From an uncultured Alphaproteobacteria bacterium (GTDB taxonomy: Bacteria > Pseudomonadota > Alphaproteobacteria > Rhizobiales > Methyloligellaceae): a stretch of 64,000 nucleotides of DNA. Numbering within the stretch: position 1 is the first letter of the stretch; every line of letters starts with the position of its first letter. The stretch is taken from contig CAVUHA010000010.1 in NCBI GenBank assembly GCA_963741155.1, forward strand, positions 620,322 through 684,321, written 5' to 3'. This document shows positions 1 through 8,792 of this stretch, one piece after another. Below the pieces are notes generated by a model. That model was not told the origin of the DNA, searched no databases, and saw only the letters and a program-made list of their open reading frames with translations. Position numbers and translations under genes: made by a program.

Positions 1-2351
1 GTGCCAAAGGTCTGAGGGAAGAATTTCGTCACTCCGAGCTGATCGCCACTAGCAAGGTAACTCGTGGCGCTGACGTTGGTGTAGGGCTGGCTGTTAGTTA
101 CCGAGGTTCCTGTGGAACCCTCGATTGCGGCGTAGTGCTGGTCGTCGATATAGGCCGAACGTCCCTGGCCTCCGAAGCCCAGAGTGTAAGCCTCGGTGGC
201 ACCGTCATGATGCTGCACGTCGCGCACGGTGATGCTTGCAGTGACGGAATTGCCGACGGGGTCGAAGGCAAGCGTGAGGTCGTTGGATGAGGTGCTCGCC
301 ACGACATTGCTAAATCCGCTCGCTGGCACCTGCGATTCGACCATGCCGGAAGCGTATCCATGATAGGGGCCGGCCAAGGTCTGCGCGGAGGGCTGCAAGC
401 TCCCGATGCCATAGCCCACGTGATAGGTCGAGCCGGACGATTGATCGACCGGCTGCGAATTCGGATTGAGTGGGATGTCGCGGCCGATATTGTGCGTTCC
501 GGTCGAGTCGAAGCCGATCACCATGTTCGGGTTGCCGCTGCCGAGGAAGTGCGACCCGTCGGGGCCGGCAAGCGTGGCAATGTCCCCGGTGAAGGCGAGT
601 GCTTCGCGGGTGGATGTTTGCACGCTCGTACAAGAAACTTCGCATCCAGGAGCGGGGGGTGCCCAATCGGTGACGTCTACATGTGAGCCGCCGCGCCGGG
701 CGCCGACGAGCCCGCCGGTCACGGGATCCGTACCGCCGAGGGCAACGTTGATGAAGGAGTCCTGCTTCGCGATTCCCAACAAGGGTTGACCATCGCCGGT
801 GTTGTTGGTCGTGTTGATATAGAAGGTCGTTTGCAGCCAAACTGTTTGGCTGTTTGGGTTGCTGTCATTTTGAAGCATTGCCAAAGGCGACACTGATGGC
901 TGGGGCTTCGTGGGATCGACCGTGGGCGATGAGTTGCCCGATGCGAATGGTCCGAAGGCGCCATCCTGGCTCACGTCAGGGGTGAGATTGAAAAGGTAAA
1001 GCTTGCCGGACGGCTGGCCGAAATTGAAGGCTTTGCCGCCAAATACCAGGATCGGGTCGGGCCCATGACTATTGGATCCGCCACTATTTGCCCCGCCTGT
1101 GCTTGATGGCGGATTAGGACTACCGTTGATGAGCTGGTAGGCAAAGAAGTCGGGCTTCTGGACCGACGTACCAATATAGGTCTCAGTCTTGGGTTGATTG
1201 GTGGTCCCGTCAATTTGAGTGATGGTGGCGTCGGCGACAACACAGACGCCGTTCACACATTGGCCAGTCCCTGGCGCGGGGAAATTGATGTCGGCGGGAG
1301 AGATGGTCTTCGTGACTGTCTGGCATGAAGGATCCTGCCCGCCCGAACAGTCCTCATGACTCTCAATCAGTCCGCTCACGGTGCCCACGGTACGTCCATT
1401 GAGGATGTTGAATGTCCAGGTAAAATCGTCGACAGTGACAGTCGGATCAGCATCACCCCCGAGAATTCCCTTATCGTTTGCATCGTGAGTCGTAAACGTT
1501 AGGGGCGGATCATTTGGGAAGGCGGTATAGGTGCCGGGCGAGGTTAGCACACGCACCGTAAGCGTTTCCGGCGGCGGCGGCTGCTGCTGCCCCTGCCCCT
1601 GATCCTGAATCTGGGCGATGGCTTGGGTCTGCGTACCCTGCGCTGTAATATTCGCGAGGGTGCTGGACTTGGTATTACCGGCGTCGTGGGGCGGTCCGGG
1701 CGTATTATTGCCACCGACCTCGACGTGGCCACCGCCGGAGAGTGCCTTCATGAAGAACGCCGTGTCCTCGGGCAGTGTCGGGCGAATCTTGGGCGCACCG
1801 CCGGTGAAGTCCAGCGTGTAACCTGGCTCATAGACCCGATGCACCTCGCCGTCAGCGCCGGTGAATTTCATCTCCACGCCGAACAGGAAGGAGAACATGC
1901 TCCCGTGGCTGTCCACCTTGCCCTGGAACATGCCGCCGCGAATGGCGAGCGCACCGGATGGCGTATTGACCGTGACGCCGCCTTCGTTCTTGGAGAGTTT
2001 GCCGCCGACGAAGCGCAGCACGCCCTTGCCGAGAGTGGCCACCATCTCGCCCTGGTTCTTGTTGGGGTCGTACACGAATTTGTCGATGACAAGGTCGGAG
2101 CCGGGGCCCACGGTGAAGGTCGAGCCGTCGACGAGGAGCACCTGCACGAGGCCGCTGCCGGTCGTGTTGATGCGCTGATTGTAGAAGATGGAGTTGCCGA
2201 TCTTGACCTCGGTGCCTTGCGAGAAGGCGTCGGGGTGGACAGCTGCGGCGACGCCGACCTTGTCCGCGTGGGCAAGGGAGGAGGGGCCAAGGAGCGCAAA
2301 CGCCGCCATGGTCAGGCCCATCAGAGGCAGCGCATTCCGCCAACGTGTCAT
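1..2351 (-). CDS. Large secreted FecR-domain protein, N-terminal 783 codons only (ORF continues past the left window edge)
   Basis: Absent from the ORF track because there is no stop inside the window. My own translation of the minus frame from ATG 2351 gives MTRWRNALPLMGLTMAAFALLGPSSLAHA/DKVGV, a Sec signal with no lipobox Cys. A FecR-like block follows (GSGLVQVLLVDGSTFTVGPGSDLVIDKFVYDP...GVLRFVGG), then a Q/P linker (QDQGQGQQQPPPPE), then ~500 aa rich in T/G/N/S with paired Cys. The SD AAGGA overlaps the TAA of the upstream gene (TAAGGACCATG). I spot-checked the frame at nt 1-60 and 1500-1560 and saw no stops. The other two minus frames hold only short Arg/Pro-rich ORFs. Confidence 0.75.
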   Translation of the reverse strand, partial: MTRWRNALPLMGLTMAAFALLGPSSLAHADKVGVAAAVHPDAFSQGTEVKIGNSIFYNQRINTTGSGLVQVLLVDGSTFTVGPGSDLVIDKFVYDPNKNQGEMVATLGKGVLRFVGGKLSKNEGGVTVNTPSGALAIRGGMFQGKVDSHGSMFSFLFGVEMKFTGADGEVHRVYEPGYTLDFTGGAPKIRPTLPEDTAFFMKALSGGGHVEVGGNNTPGPPHDAGNTKSSTLANITAQGTQTQAIAQIQDQGQGQQQPPPPETLTVRVLTSPGTYTAFPNDPPLTFTTHDANDKGILGGDADPTVTVDDFTWTFNILNGRTVGTVSGLIESHEDCSGGQDPSCQTVTKTISPADINFPAPGTGQCVNGVCVVADATITQIDGTTNQPKTETYIGTSVQKPDFFAYQLINGSPNPPSSTGGANSGGSNSHGPDPILVFGGKAFNFGQPSGKLYLFNLTPDVSQDGAFGPFASGNSSPTVDPTKPQPSVSPLAMLQNDSNPNSQTVWLQTTFYINTTNNTGDGQPLLGIAKQDSFINVALGGTDPVTGGLVGARRGGSHVDVTDWAPPAPGCEVSCTSVQTSTREALAFTGDIATLAGPDGSHFLGSGNPNMVIGFDSTGTHNIGRDIPLNPNSQPVDQSSGSTYHVGYGIGSLQPSAQTLAGPYHGYASGMVESQVPASGFSNVVASTSSNDLTLAFDPVGNSVTASITVRDVQHHDGATEAYTLGFGGQGRSAYIDDQHYAAIEGSTGTSVTNSQPYTNVSATSYLASGDQLGVTKFFPQTFG

Positions 2352-2362
2352 GGTCCTTAACA

Positions 2363-3733
2363 TTAGAACCTCTTCTGTATTCCGACTAGGCCGGAAACGT
2401 CGTCAAAAACACTGGTTTGGTAATTGGATTGCTGGTCCCTGATCTCGACTTGCGGGATCACGGCCCAGGTGTCGGCCACCGGTATGACCATGGCGGCGCG
2501 GCCCCAGAACTGACGATCGACCTCGCGCGCGTTCGGGTTGATGGTCGGATCGGGGTCGTCATACTGGCGGTGGATGCCGCCCGCGCCCACCTGCAAGGTC
2601 CAGGGATAGCGCCAGGCGAAGGGATTGCCGAAGGTCCAACTGATGCCGGCCGAGGCGCCCAGCTCCCAATCGGCATAGAAGCCCACATCGGCGTCCTCAC
2701 GCTGGTCGTATCCCTCGACGGTGAGGATCAGCCCCGGTCCAAGAAAGTAGGAGTAGCTGCCGCCGAGCCGGGTTTGCAGACCAGTGCGCAGGCTCGAGGT
2801 CGGGCGCAGCGTCGAGTCGCTGAAGTCCCGGTAGCGCGTCTCGAGGCGCGCGTCGAGGACGCTGCGGTCGGCGGCATAGCTCAGTAGGCGGATGCCGCCG
2901 CCGGCGCCGGCAAAATACTGGTCATTGCCGAGCAGAACCTCGTCGCCGATGCCGTAGACGAAGAGGCGAGACTTATCCATGCCGATGCGCTTCAGGTTGA
3001 AGGATGGCCCGAGCGTCGACTCGAAGAAGTCGAGATCGATGTCGGTTAGCTTGAAATAGCTCGCATTGTAACCGATGGCGTCGAACTCGATGCGGTCGCC
3101 CTGGTTCTTTAGGTCATAGGAGTAATGGATGGTGCCGACACTGAGGGAGCTCCAATCGGCAGCGGCGGTAGCCGTCTGGTCGAGGGTGAAATCGATGCCG
3201 TTGAGGGTGATGCTCTGGTTGGCCGGTGCCGCGTTGGCGTCGCTCTCCCAGCGGAGCGCCGTGTAGAGGGTTGCCGAGAAGGGGGGCGGGTCAGCCTGCA
3301 CCGCGAGCTGCTGCAGGTAGACATTCACCTGGGCCGTGATCGTGGGCGGCACGTTTGGATCGGCGAGCACTGTCGCGAAATAGCTCCGCGCAACGTCGTA
3401 GCTGCCGATTTGGTAATAGAGGATGCCGAGTTCGAGTTCGACCCGCGGCGTGTTCGGCGCATAGATCAACACGCGCTCCAGCGTCGAGATGGCGCCTTCG
3501 TAGTCGCCGACCTGCGCGGAGAGCTGCGCGTAATCGTAAGCGAGGTCGAGATTGCCGGGACTGTTGATCATCTGCCGGAGCAGGGCTTGGCGCCGCGCGT
3601 CGATGTCGCTCAGGGCCGGATGCTGTTCGGCGGCGCTCGAATTGGAGGCGGCGAGAGAAGGCGTCAGCCCACCCATGACAAAACATGCGGCAATCGCGAC
3701 GGCGATCGCCAACGTCATCCATCCCCTCATCAC
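2363..3733 (-). CDS. TPR + C-terminal beta-barrel outer-membrane protein, Slam / DUF560 (surface lipoprotein assembly modifier, type XI secretion)-like
   Basis: Signal peptide MMRGWMTLAIAVAIAACFVMGGLTPSLAAS. TPR-like repeats (LDLAYDYAQLSAQVGDYEGAISTLERVLIYAPNTPRVELELGILYYQIGSYDVARSYF). The C-terminal ~300 aa show an alternating beta-strand pattern rich in G/Y/D/S and end in ...GLVGIQKRF, where the terminal Phe fits an OMP beta-signal. The family call rests on architecture only. Confidence 0.6.
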   Translation of the reverse strand: MMRGWMTLAIAVAIAACFVMGGLTPSLAASNSSAAEQHPALSDIDARRQALLRQMINSPGNLDLAYDYAQLSAQVGDYEGAISTLERVLIYAPNTPRVELELGILYYQIGSYDVARSYFATVLADPNVPPTITAQVNVYLQQLAVQADPPPFSATLYTALRWESDANAAPANQSITLNGIDFTLDQTATAAADWSSLSVGTIHYSYDLKNQGDRIEFDAIGYNASYFKLTDIDLDFFESTLGPSFNLKRIGMDKSRLFVYGIGDEVLLGNDQYFAGAGGGIRLLSYAADRSVLDARLETRYRDFSDSTLRPTSSLRTGLQTRLGGSYSYFLGPGLILTVEGYDQREDADVGFYADWELGASAGISWTFGNPFAWRYPWTLQVGAGGIHRQYDDPDPTINPNAREVDRQFWGRAAMVIPVADTWAVIPQVEIRDQQSNYQTSVFDDVSGLVGIQKRF

Positions 3734-3907
3734 GCGACCTTTTTGCGCCTTGCGAAAGGCAATCTATGGCCGACCGTGGGCAAAGGCCCCTCCGCGGTCA
3801 GACGTTAGTTAGCCGGTGCGTTGGCGGCAAGCCTCGAAGTCCAATTCCCAAGGGTTTTCCGCTATCTGTGGCCAACTGAACACGCATGCCGATGCTATTA
3901 TGCCACG

Positions 3908-5470
3908 ATGATGGAGGCTGCAACCGAGCAGGCGAGAGTTTTGGATTTCATGGGGCGGCCGGAGGCCTATGACCCGCCACCCGCCAGGGTTGAGCGAATT
4001 GAGACACACGCCTCCTTTGTCTTTCTCGCCGGCGACCACGCCTTCAAGGTCAAGCGGGCCGTCAAATACCCGTTTCTCGATTTCTCAACTCTGGAAAAGC
4101 GGCGCTTGGCCTGTCTGAATGAGCTCGCCATCAACCGCCGCACGGCTCCTCATCTATATATTGAGGTTGTTCCTATAACATGCGGACCGTGCGGAACTTT
4201 TAGTTTTGGTGGAGAAGGGACCGCCACCGTCGAGTGGACGCTTATCATGCGCCGCTTCGACCAGGCCAAGCTCTATGATCGGATGGCGGCGGAGGATCGG
4301 CTTCGCTTAGGCGCCATGGCACCCCTCGGGCAGGCGATTGCCCGGTTCCATGCGGGCGCGGACCGGTTCCTCGCCAGCGAGCTCGGCACCGTACCCTTGC
4401 TCAAGGTGCTGGAAGACAATGAGGCCACCTTCGCCAGGAACGAGCACCAGTGTCCGCCTGAGGCGGCGCACGCGCTTGCTGGCGCAGCACACGAATCACT
4501 TGCGGCGCTGTCGCCCCTGCTCAAGGCACGCGCGCTTGCGGGCTTCGTGCGTCACTGCCATGGCGATCTGCACCTGCGCAACATCGTTGAGATCGACGGC
4601 GCGCCCGTGCTGTTTGACGCCATCGAGTTCGACGATTCGATTGCCACCGTCGACGTCCTCTATGATCTTGCCTTCTTGCTCATGGATCTCGGCGCGCGCG
4701 GACTGACCGGCCACGCCAATGCCGTGCTGAACGCCTATCTCGATGCCGATGGACGCACCGGCAATCTCATTGGCCTCAAGGCGCTTCCCCTGTTCCTGTC
4801 GATGCGCGCGATGATCCGAGCCAAGGTCGAGCTATTGCGGGCGGAGCGAAGCGCGGAAGCAAGCGACGCTGGCGCCCGCGCTGGCGCTTACTTCGACTTG
4901 GCCGTCGACCACCTTCGCAATCGCGTACCACGGCTGATAGCCATCGGCGGAGTGTCGGGGAGCGGCAAGTCGAGCGTGGCGCGGGGACTCGCTCCCCGGG
5001 TCGGGTCCTTTCCTGGGGCCGTGCATGTGCGCAGCGACATCGAGCGCAAGCGGCTGTTCGGGGTGAGTGCAGACACGAGGCTGCCGGAAGAAGCCTATAC
5101 GCCGGAGCTCACCGAGATCGTGTACGCGACTTGCCGCAAGCGCGCCGCCATGGTGCTGGAAGGCGGCCGGACAGTGATCGTCGATGCCGTGCATGCGCGA
5201 TCGGAGGAGCGCGACCGCATCGCCGCTGTTGCCGCCGAGGCGGGCGTGGCGTTTGCCGGACTTTGGCTGCAAGCGCCACGCGCGCTGCTGCGGCAAAGGG
5301 TGGCTCGGCGTGAGCTCGATGTTTCCGATGCAACGCCCGCAGTCGTGGACCGGCAATTGGCTTTTGACATCGGTCCCCAAAACTTCGTCGTCATCGATGC
5401 GAGCGGACCTTTGGAGCAGGTGACCACAATGTGTCTTGCCAGGATCGGCGAGGGCACCCCTCGAACCTGA
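3908..5470 (+). CDS. Fusion protein: APH-like phosphotransferase (kinase fold) + C-terminal P-loop kinase/AAA domain
   Basis: Kinase-fold motifs HCHGDLHLRNI and LFDAIEFDD. C-terminal Walker A GGVSGSGKSS. The ORF track gives 3821..5470. I placed the start at the ATGATG at 3908 (MMEAATEQ...), so the start is uncertain. Confidence 0.75.
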   Translation: MMEAATEQARVLDFMGRPEAYDPPPARVERIETHASFVFLAGDHAFKVKRAVKYPFLDFSTLEKRRLACLNELAINRRTAPHLYIEVVPITCGPCGTFSFGGEGTATVEWTLIMRRFDQAKLYDRMAAEDRLRLGAMAPLGQAIARFHAGADRFLASELGTVPLLKVLEDNEATFARNEHQCPPEAAHALAGAAHESLAALSPLLKARALAGFVRHCHGDLHLRNIVEIDGAPVLFDAIEFDDSIATVDVLYDLAFLLMDLGARGLTGHANAVLNAYLDADGRTGNLIGLKALPLFLSMRAMIRAKVELLRAERSAEASDAGARAGAYFDLAVDHLRNRVPRLIAIGGVSGSGKSSVARGLAPRVGSFPGAVHVRSDIERKRLFGVSADTRLPEEAYTPELTEIVYATCRKRAAMVLEGGRTVIVDAVHARSEERDRIAAVAAEAGVAFAGLWLQAPRALLRQRVARRELDVSDATPAVVDRQLAFDIGPQNFVVIDASGPLEQVTTMCLARIGEGTPRT

Positions 5471-5630
5471 GCGCGGCGCTATCCGCTTTGAGGGAACTTG
5501 AGGGGCGGCGGCATCAGTGATTGGGGCGCCATGATTAGCGCCGGATTCACCCTTTCCTAACGCGGAGCCGAGACAGTCAGAGCTGGTGCCGAACTGATAG
5601 CCCGCACGCGTCGTAACGCGGGTCCAGACG

Positions 5631-6779
5631 GTGCCAGTCGGGCTTGGCCGGGGTGGGGACGTGAGTACCGTGGGTAGGGTTTGGCCCGCTCTTCTGACGG
5701 GCAGTTCGAGTGCGGTTGTGTCCCCGGGCGCGCGCCGAGGTGTCTGCCTTCTTCTCGCGGCGAGCCTCGCCTTCAGTCTCGCGTCCTGCCGCTCCGAGGG
5801 CAATGGCGAGAAGCTCGGCGAGCGCGTGATCCCGTTGGGGCAGCCGGTGCCTAAAGGCGGCGGCGCGTACCGTATTGGGGATCCCTATCAGGTCGCGGGT
5901 GTCTGGCACTATCCGCGCGAAGACCCAGCCTACGACCGCGTCGGCACGGCGTCCTGGTATGGGGAGCTGTTTCATGGGCGGCGCACCGCCAATGGCGAGA
6001 TCTACGACATGGACCGGCTGTCGGCCGCGCATCCTACCTTGCCCCTTCCCGTCTATGTGCAGGTGACCAACCTTGCCAACATGCGCGCGATCGTCGTCCG
6101 CATCAACGATCGCGGCCCTTACGCCAATGACCGCATCATCGATCTATCCCGGCGCTCGGCGGAGCTGCTCGGCTTCCGCGACAATGGCACTGCGACGGTC
6201 CGCGTTCGGTATCTTGGTCGCGCACCCTTGAATGGCGACGACAGCTATGAGCGCCGCTACGTTGCAAACCAATCTTGGATGCGCATCGCCTCGAATGTCC
6301 CATCCGGCCGGGGTGCGCGGGACCTTTCCGTGGGGAGTCTATCGAGCGAAAAACCATTCTTGCCGTCGCACGCGAGGGGAGCGGATTTGACGGTGGCGAC
6401 CATGCGGCCGCCCGAGCCGCAAGGGGCAACAGCGCTGCGCTGGCAGGCGAGTAGTGAAGCGCCAGCACGACTCGGCCCTGCAGGCGGCCAGGCGACCGTG
6501 CCCTCGGACAAGTCGCCGCCCGCGGCAATGGTCGAAGGCGGCGCGCTGCCCGGCGGGCTTCTTGTCCAAGTGGGCTCCTTCAAGAACAAGGCGAATGCCG
6601 ACAGGGCGCGTTCGGAGCTCGCTGGACTCGGCCCCGTTGAGGTGGCTCCAATCGAGGTTGGCGGAGTGCCCTATTTCCGCGTGCGTGTGGGGCCGTTCAA
6701 GGGCGACGCCGAGGCTCAGGCCGCGCTCGCGCGGGTGACGCAAGCCGGCTATACGGGCGCCAGGGTCGCCTCGAACTAG
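5631..6779 (+). CDS. rlpA: Septal ring lytic transglycosylase RlpA-family lipoprotein with C-terminal SPOR domain
   Basis: DPBB block GTASWYGELFHGRRTANGEIYD...VTNLANMRAIVVRINDRGPY. SPOR-like C-terminus LLVQVGSFKNKANADRARSEL...YFRVRVGPF. Lipobox LAFSLASC. The start (GTG 5631) is uncertain. Confidence 0.85.
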   Translation: MPVGLGRGGDVSTVGRVWPALLTGSSSAVVSPGARRGVCLLLAASLAFSLASCRSEGNGEKLGERVIPLGQPVPKGGGAYRIGDPYQVAGVWHYPREDPAYDRVGTASWYGELFHGRRTANGEIYDMDRLSAAHPTLPLPVYVQVTNLANMRAIVVRINDRGPYANDRIIDLSRRSAELLGFRDNGTATVRVRYLGRAPLNGDDSYERRYVANQSWMRIASNVPSGRGARDLSVGSLSSEKPFLPSHARGADLTVATMRPPEPQGATALRWQASSEAPARLGPAGGQATVPSDKSPPAAMVEGGALPGGLLVQVGSFKNKANADRARSELAGLGPVEVAPIEVGGVPYFRVRVGPFKGDAEAQAALARVTQAGYTGARVASN

Positions 6780-6874
6780 GGCGTTTCGCGGCCCGGGGCG
6801 GTCGCGCCGGTTGATTTTTGGTAAGCCCCGCTCAATAGTGGGGCGCAATTGCCGGTAGGGGATGGCCGGCGCGT

Positions 6875-8104
6875 ATGAAATTCGGTTTGACATTGTCACC
6901 CGTGCCCGTGCGCCTTCAGCGTCTGATCAAGATTGCTGCTGCATGCGCGTTGCTCGCCACGAGCGTGCTCGCTGTGTCTGCCCTTGCTCGCGCGGGCAAT
7001 CCACCAACTTCCCCGGGGGCCTTCGAGACCAAGGCCAAGCACGCCATCCTCATGGATGCGGATGCCAATCTCGTCCTCTACGAGAAGGACGCCGACACGC
7101 TCATGCCGCCGGCGAGCATGAGCAAGCTCATGACGCTGGCCGTCGTGTTCCGGGAGCTGAAGGCCGGGCGTCTCAAGCTCGAGGATCAGTTCAAGGTGAG
7201 CGAGCATGCCTGGCGCACGGGCGGCGCGCCGTCGGGCAGCTCGGCCATGTTCGCGCCCCTCAACTCCATGGTTGCCATCAGCGATCTCATCCCGGGCATC
7301 ACGGTCCAGTCGGGCAATGATGCCTGCATCATTCTGGCGGAGGGGATTGCCGGCACCGAGGAGGCCTTCGCCAAGACGATGAACGACTATGCGAAGGAGA
7401 TCGGGCTCACGCGGTCGCACTTCGTTAATTCCACGGGCTTGCCGGCGGACGGACATGTGATGACCGCGCGAGAGCTTGCTATCCTCGCCCACTATCTCAT
7501 CGTGACGTACCCTGAGTATTATCATTATTTCGGTCAGAAGGATTTCCAGTTCAACAAACACACTTATACCAACCGCAACCCGTTGATCTTCGCCGACCCT
7601 AGCGTGGATGGGCTGAAGACGGGCTATATCGAGGCGGCGGGCTATGGTCTCGTGGCAAGCGCCAAACGCGGCGACCAACGTTTGATCATCGTCGTCAATG
7701 GACTGGAATCAAAAAAGGAACGCGAGGAAGAGCCGCGCAAGCTGATCGAATGGGGATTCAAGAACTTCAAGCCGTTCCGCCTGTTCGATCAGGGCGAGAC
7801 GGTGAGCGACGCGCTTGTGTGGGGGGGCACCCAGCACTATGTGCCGCTGATAGGCCAGGGCAATATCAACATTATTCTGCCGGCGTCCGCCGATCCCAAG
7901 GTTAAGGCGGCAATCGTCTACAAGGGGCCGATCAAGGCACCGATCCGCAAGGGCGAGAAGGTGGCGGTGCTGCGGATCACCTCGGCCAACTCGACCGCCA
8001 CCAACGACATCCCGCTCTACGCCGGCGACGACATCGACGCGAGCAACTTCGCCATGCGCGGGATCGATTCCTTGCTCGTGCTGGCGTTTGGCTGGCTGCT
8101 CTGA
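6875..8104 (+). CDS. D-alanyl-D-alanine carboxypeptidase (PBP5/6-type, peptidase S11)
   Basis: Signal peptide present. SxxK (ASMSKLMT), SxN (QSGND) and KTG (LKTGY) motifs in the canonical order. Confidence 0.9.
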   Translation: MKFGLTLSPVPVRLQRLIKIAAACALLATSVLAVSALARAGNPPTSPGAFETKAKHAILMDADANLVLYEKDADTLMPPASMSKLMTLAVVFRELKAGRLKLEDQFKVSEHAWRTGGAPSGSSAMFAPLNSMVAISDLIPGITVQSGNDACIILAEGIAGTEEAFAKTMNDYAKEIGLTRSHFVNSTGLPADGHVMTARELAILAHYLIVTYPEYYHYFGQKDFQFNKHTYTNRNPLIFADPSVDGLKTGYIEAAGYGLVASAKRGDQRLIIVVNGLESKKEREEEPRKLIEWGFKNFKPFRLFDQGETVSDALVWGGTQHYVPLIGQGNINIILPASADPKVKAAIVYKGPIKAPIRKGEKVAVLRITSANSTATNDIPLYAGDDIDASNFAMRGIDSLLVLAFGWLL

Positions 8105-8141
8105 CGCGGACCACGCGCCCTACCCAGGCGCTCGAAACACT

Positions 8142-8792
8142 ATGCGGCACGAGACGATCGAAACCGGCAAGTTCATCACCTTGGAAGGCGGCGAGGGCGC
8201 CGGGAAGTCGACCCAGGCCGCCATCCTTGCGAACCGCCTGGCGCGTGCCGGCCGCCGTGTGTTCTCCACGCGTGAGCCGGGCGGCTCGCCTGAGGCCGAT
8301 AAAATCCGTGCGGCGCTCTTGTCGGGGCACGTGTGGCAGTTCGGTCCCTTCGCCGAGGCAGTGCTGTTCTCGGTCGCCCGCAAGGGCCACGTCGATGGCG
8401 CGATCTTCGACGAACTCGCGCGCGGCAGGTGGGTGGTATGTGACCGTTTCGCCAATTCGACCCGCGCCTATCAGGGAGTGACCGGGGGCGTGCCGCGGTC
8501 CGTGATCAATGCGCTCGAGCGGTTGACCTTGCGGGGCCTTGTGCCGAACCTCACCTTCATTTTCGACATCCCGGCCGAGGAAGGGCTCGCACGGGCGGCG
8601 CAACGGCTTGGCGCCGAGGCGCCCGACCGCTTCGAGGCGCAAGATCTCGCCTCCCATGAGCGCATCCGCCGCGCCTTTCTCGATATCGCCGAGGAGGAGC
8701 CCGACCGTTGCGTGGTGATCGACGCGCGGCAGCCCGAGGCAGTGGTGGCGGAGGACGTCTGGGAGGCGGTCACCGAGCGCCTGAGCCCATGA
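8142..8792 (+). CDS. tmk: dTMP (thymidylate) kinase
   Basis: GKFITLEGGEGAGKSTQ P-loop. Start moved to ATG 8142 (MRHETIETGKF). The stop overlaps the holB start (ATGA). Confidence 0.9.
   Translation: MRHETIETGKFITLEGGEGAGKSTQAAILANRLARAGRRVFSTREPGGSPEADKIRAALLSGHVWQFGPFAEAVLFSVARKGHVDGAIFDELARGRWVVCDRFANSTRAYQGVTGGVPRSVINALERLTLRGLVPNLTFIFDIPAEEGLARAAQRLGAEAPDRFEAQDLASHERIRRAFLDIAEEEPDRCVVIDARQPEAVVAEDVWEAVTERLSP

Noticed and set aside
1623-2360. 245-aa plus-strand ORF, together with the 163-aa and 143-aa minus-strand ORFs at 1852..2343 and 1868..2299
   Set aside because: All three overlap the long minus-frame FecR-domain ORF. Their translations are Arg/Gly/His/Pro-rich, which is typical of out-of-frame or antisense reading of GC-rich coding DNA. 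They carry no motifs.
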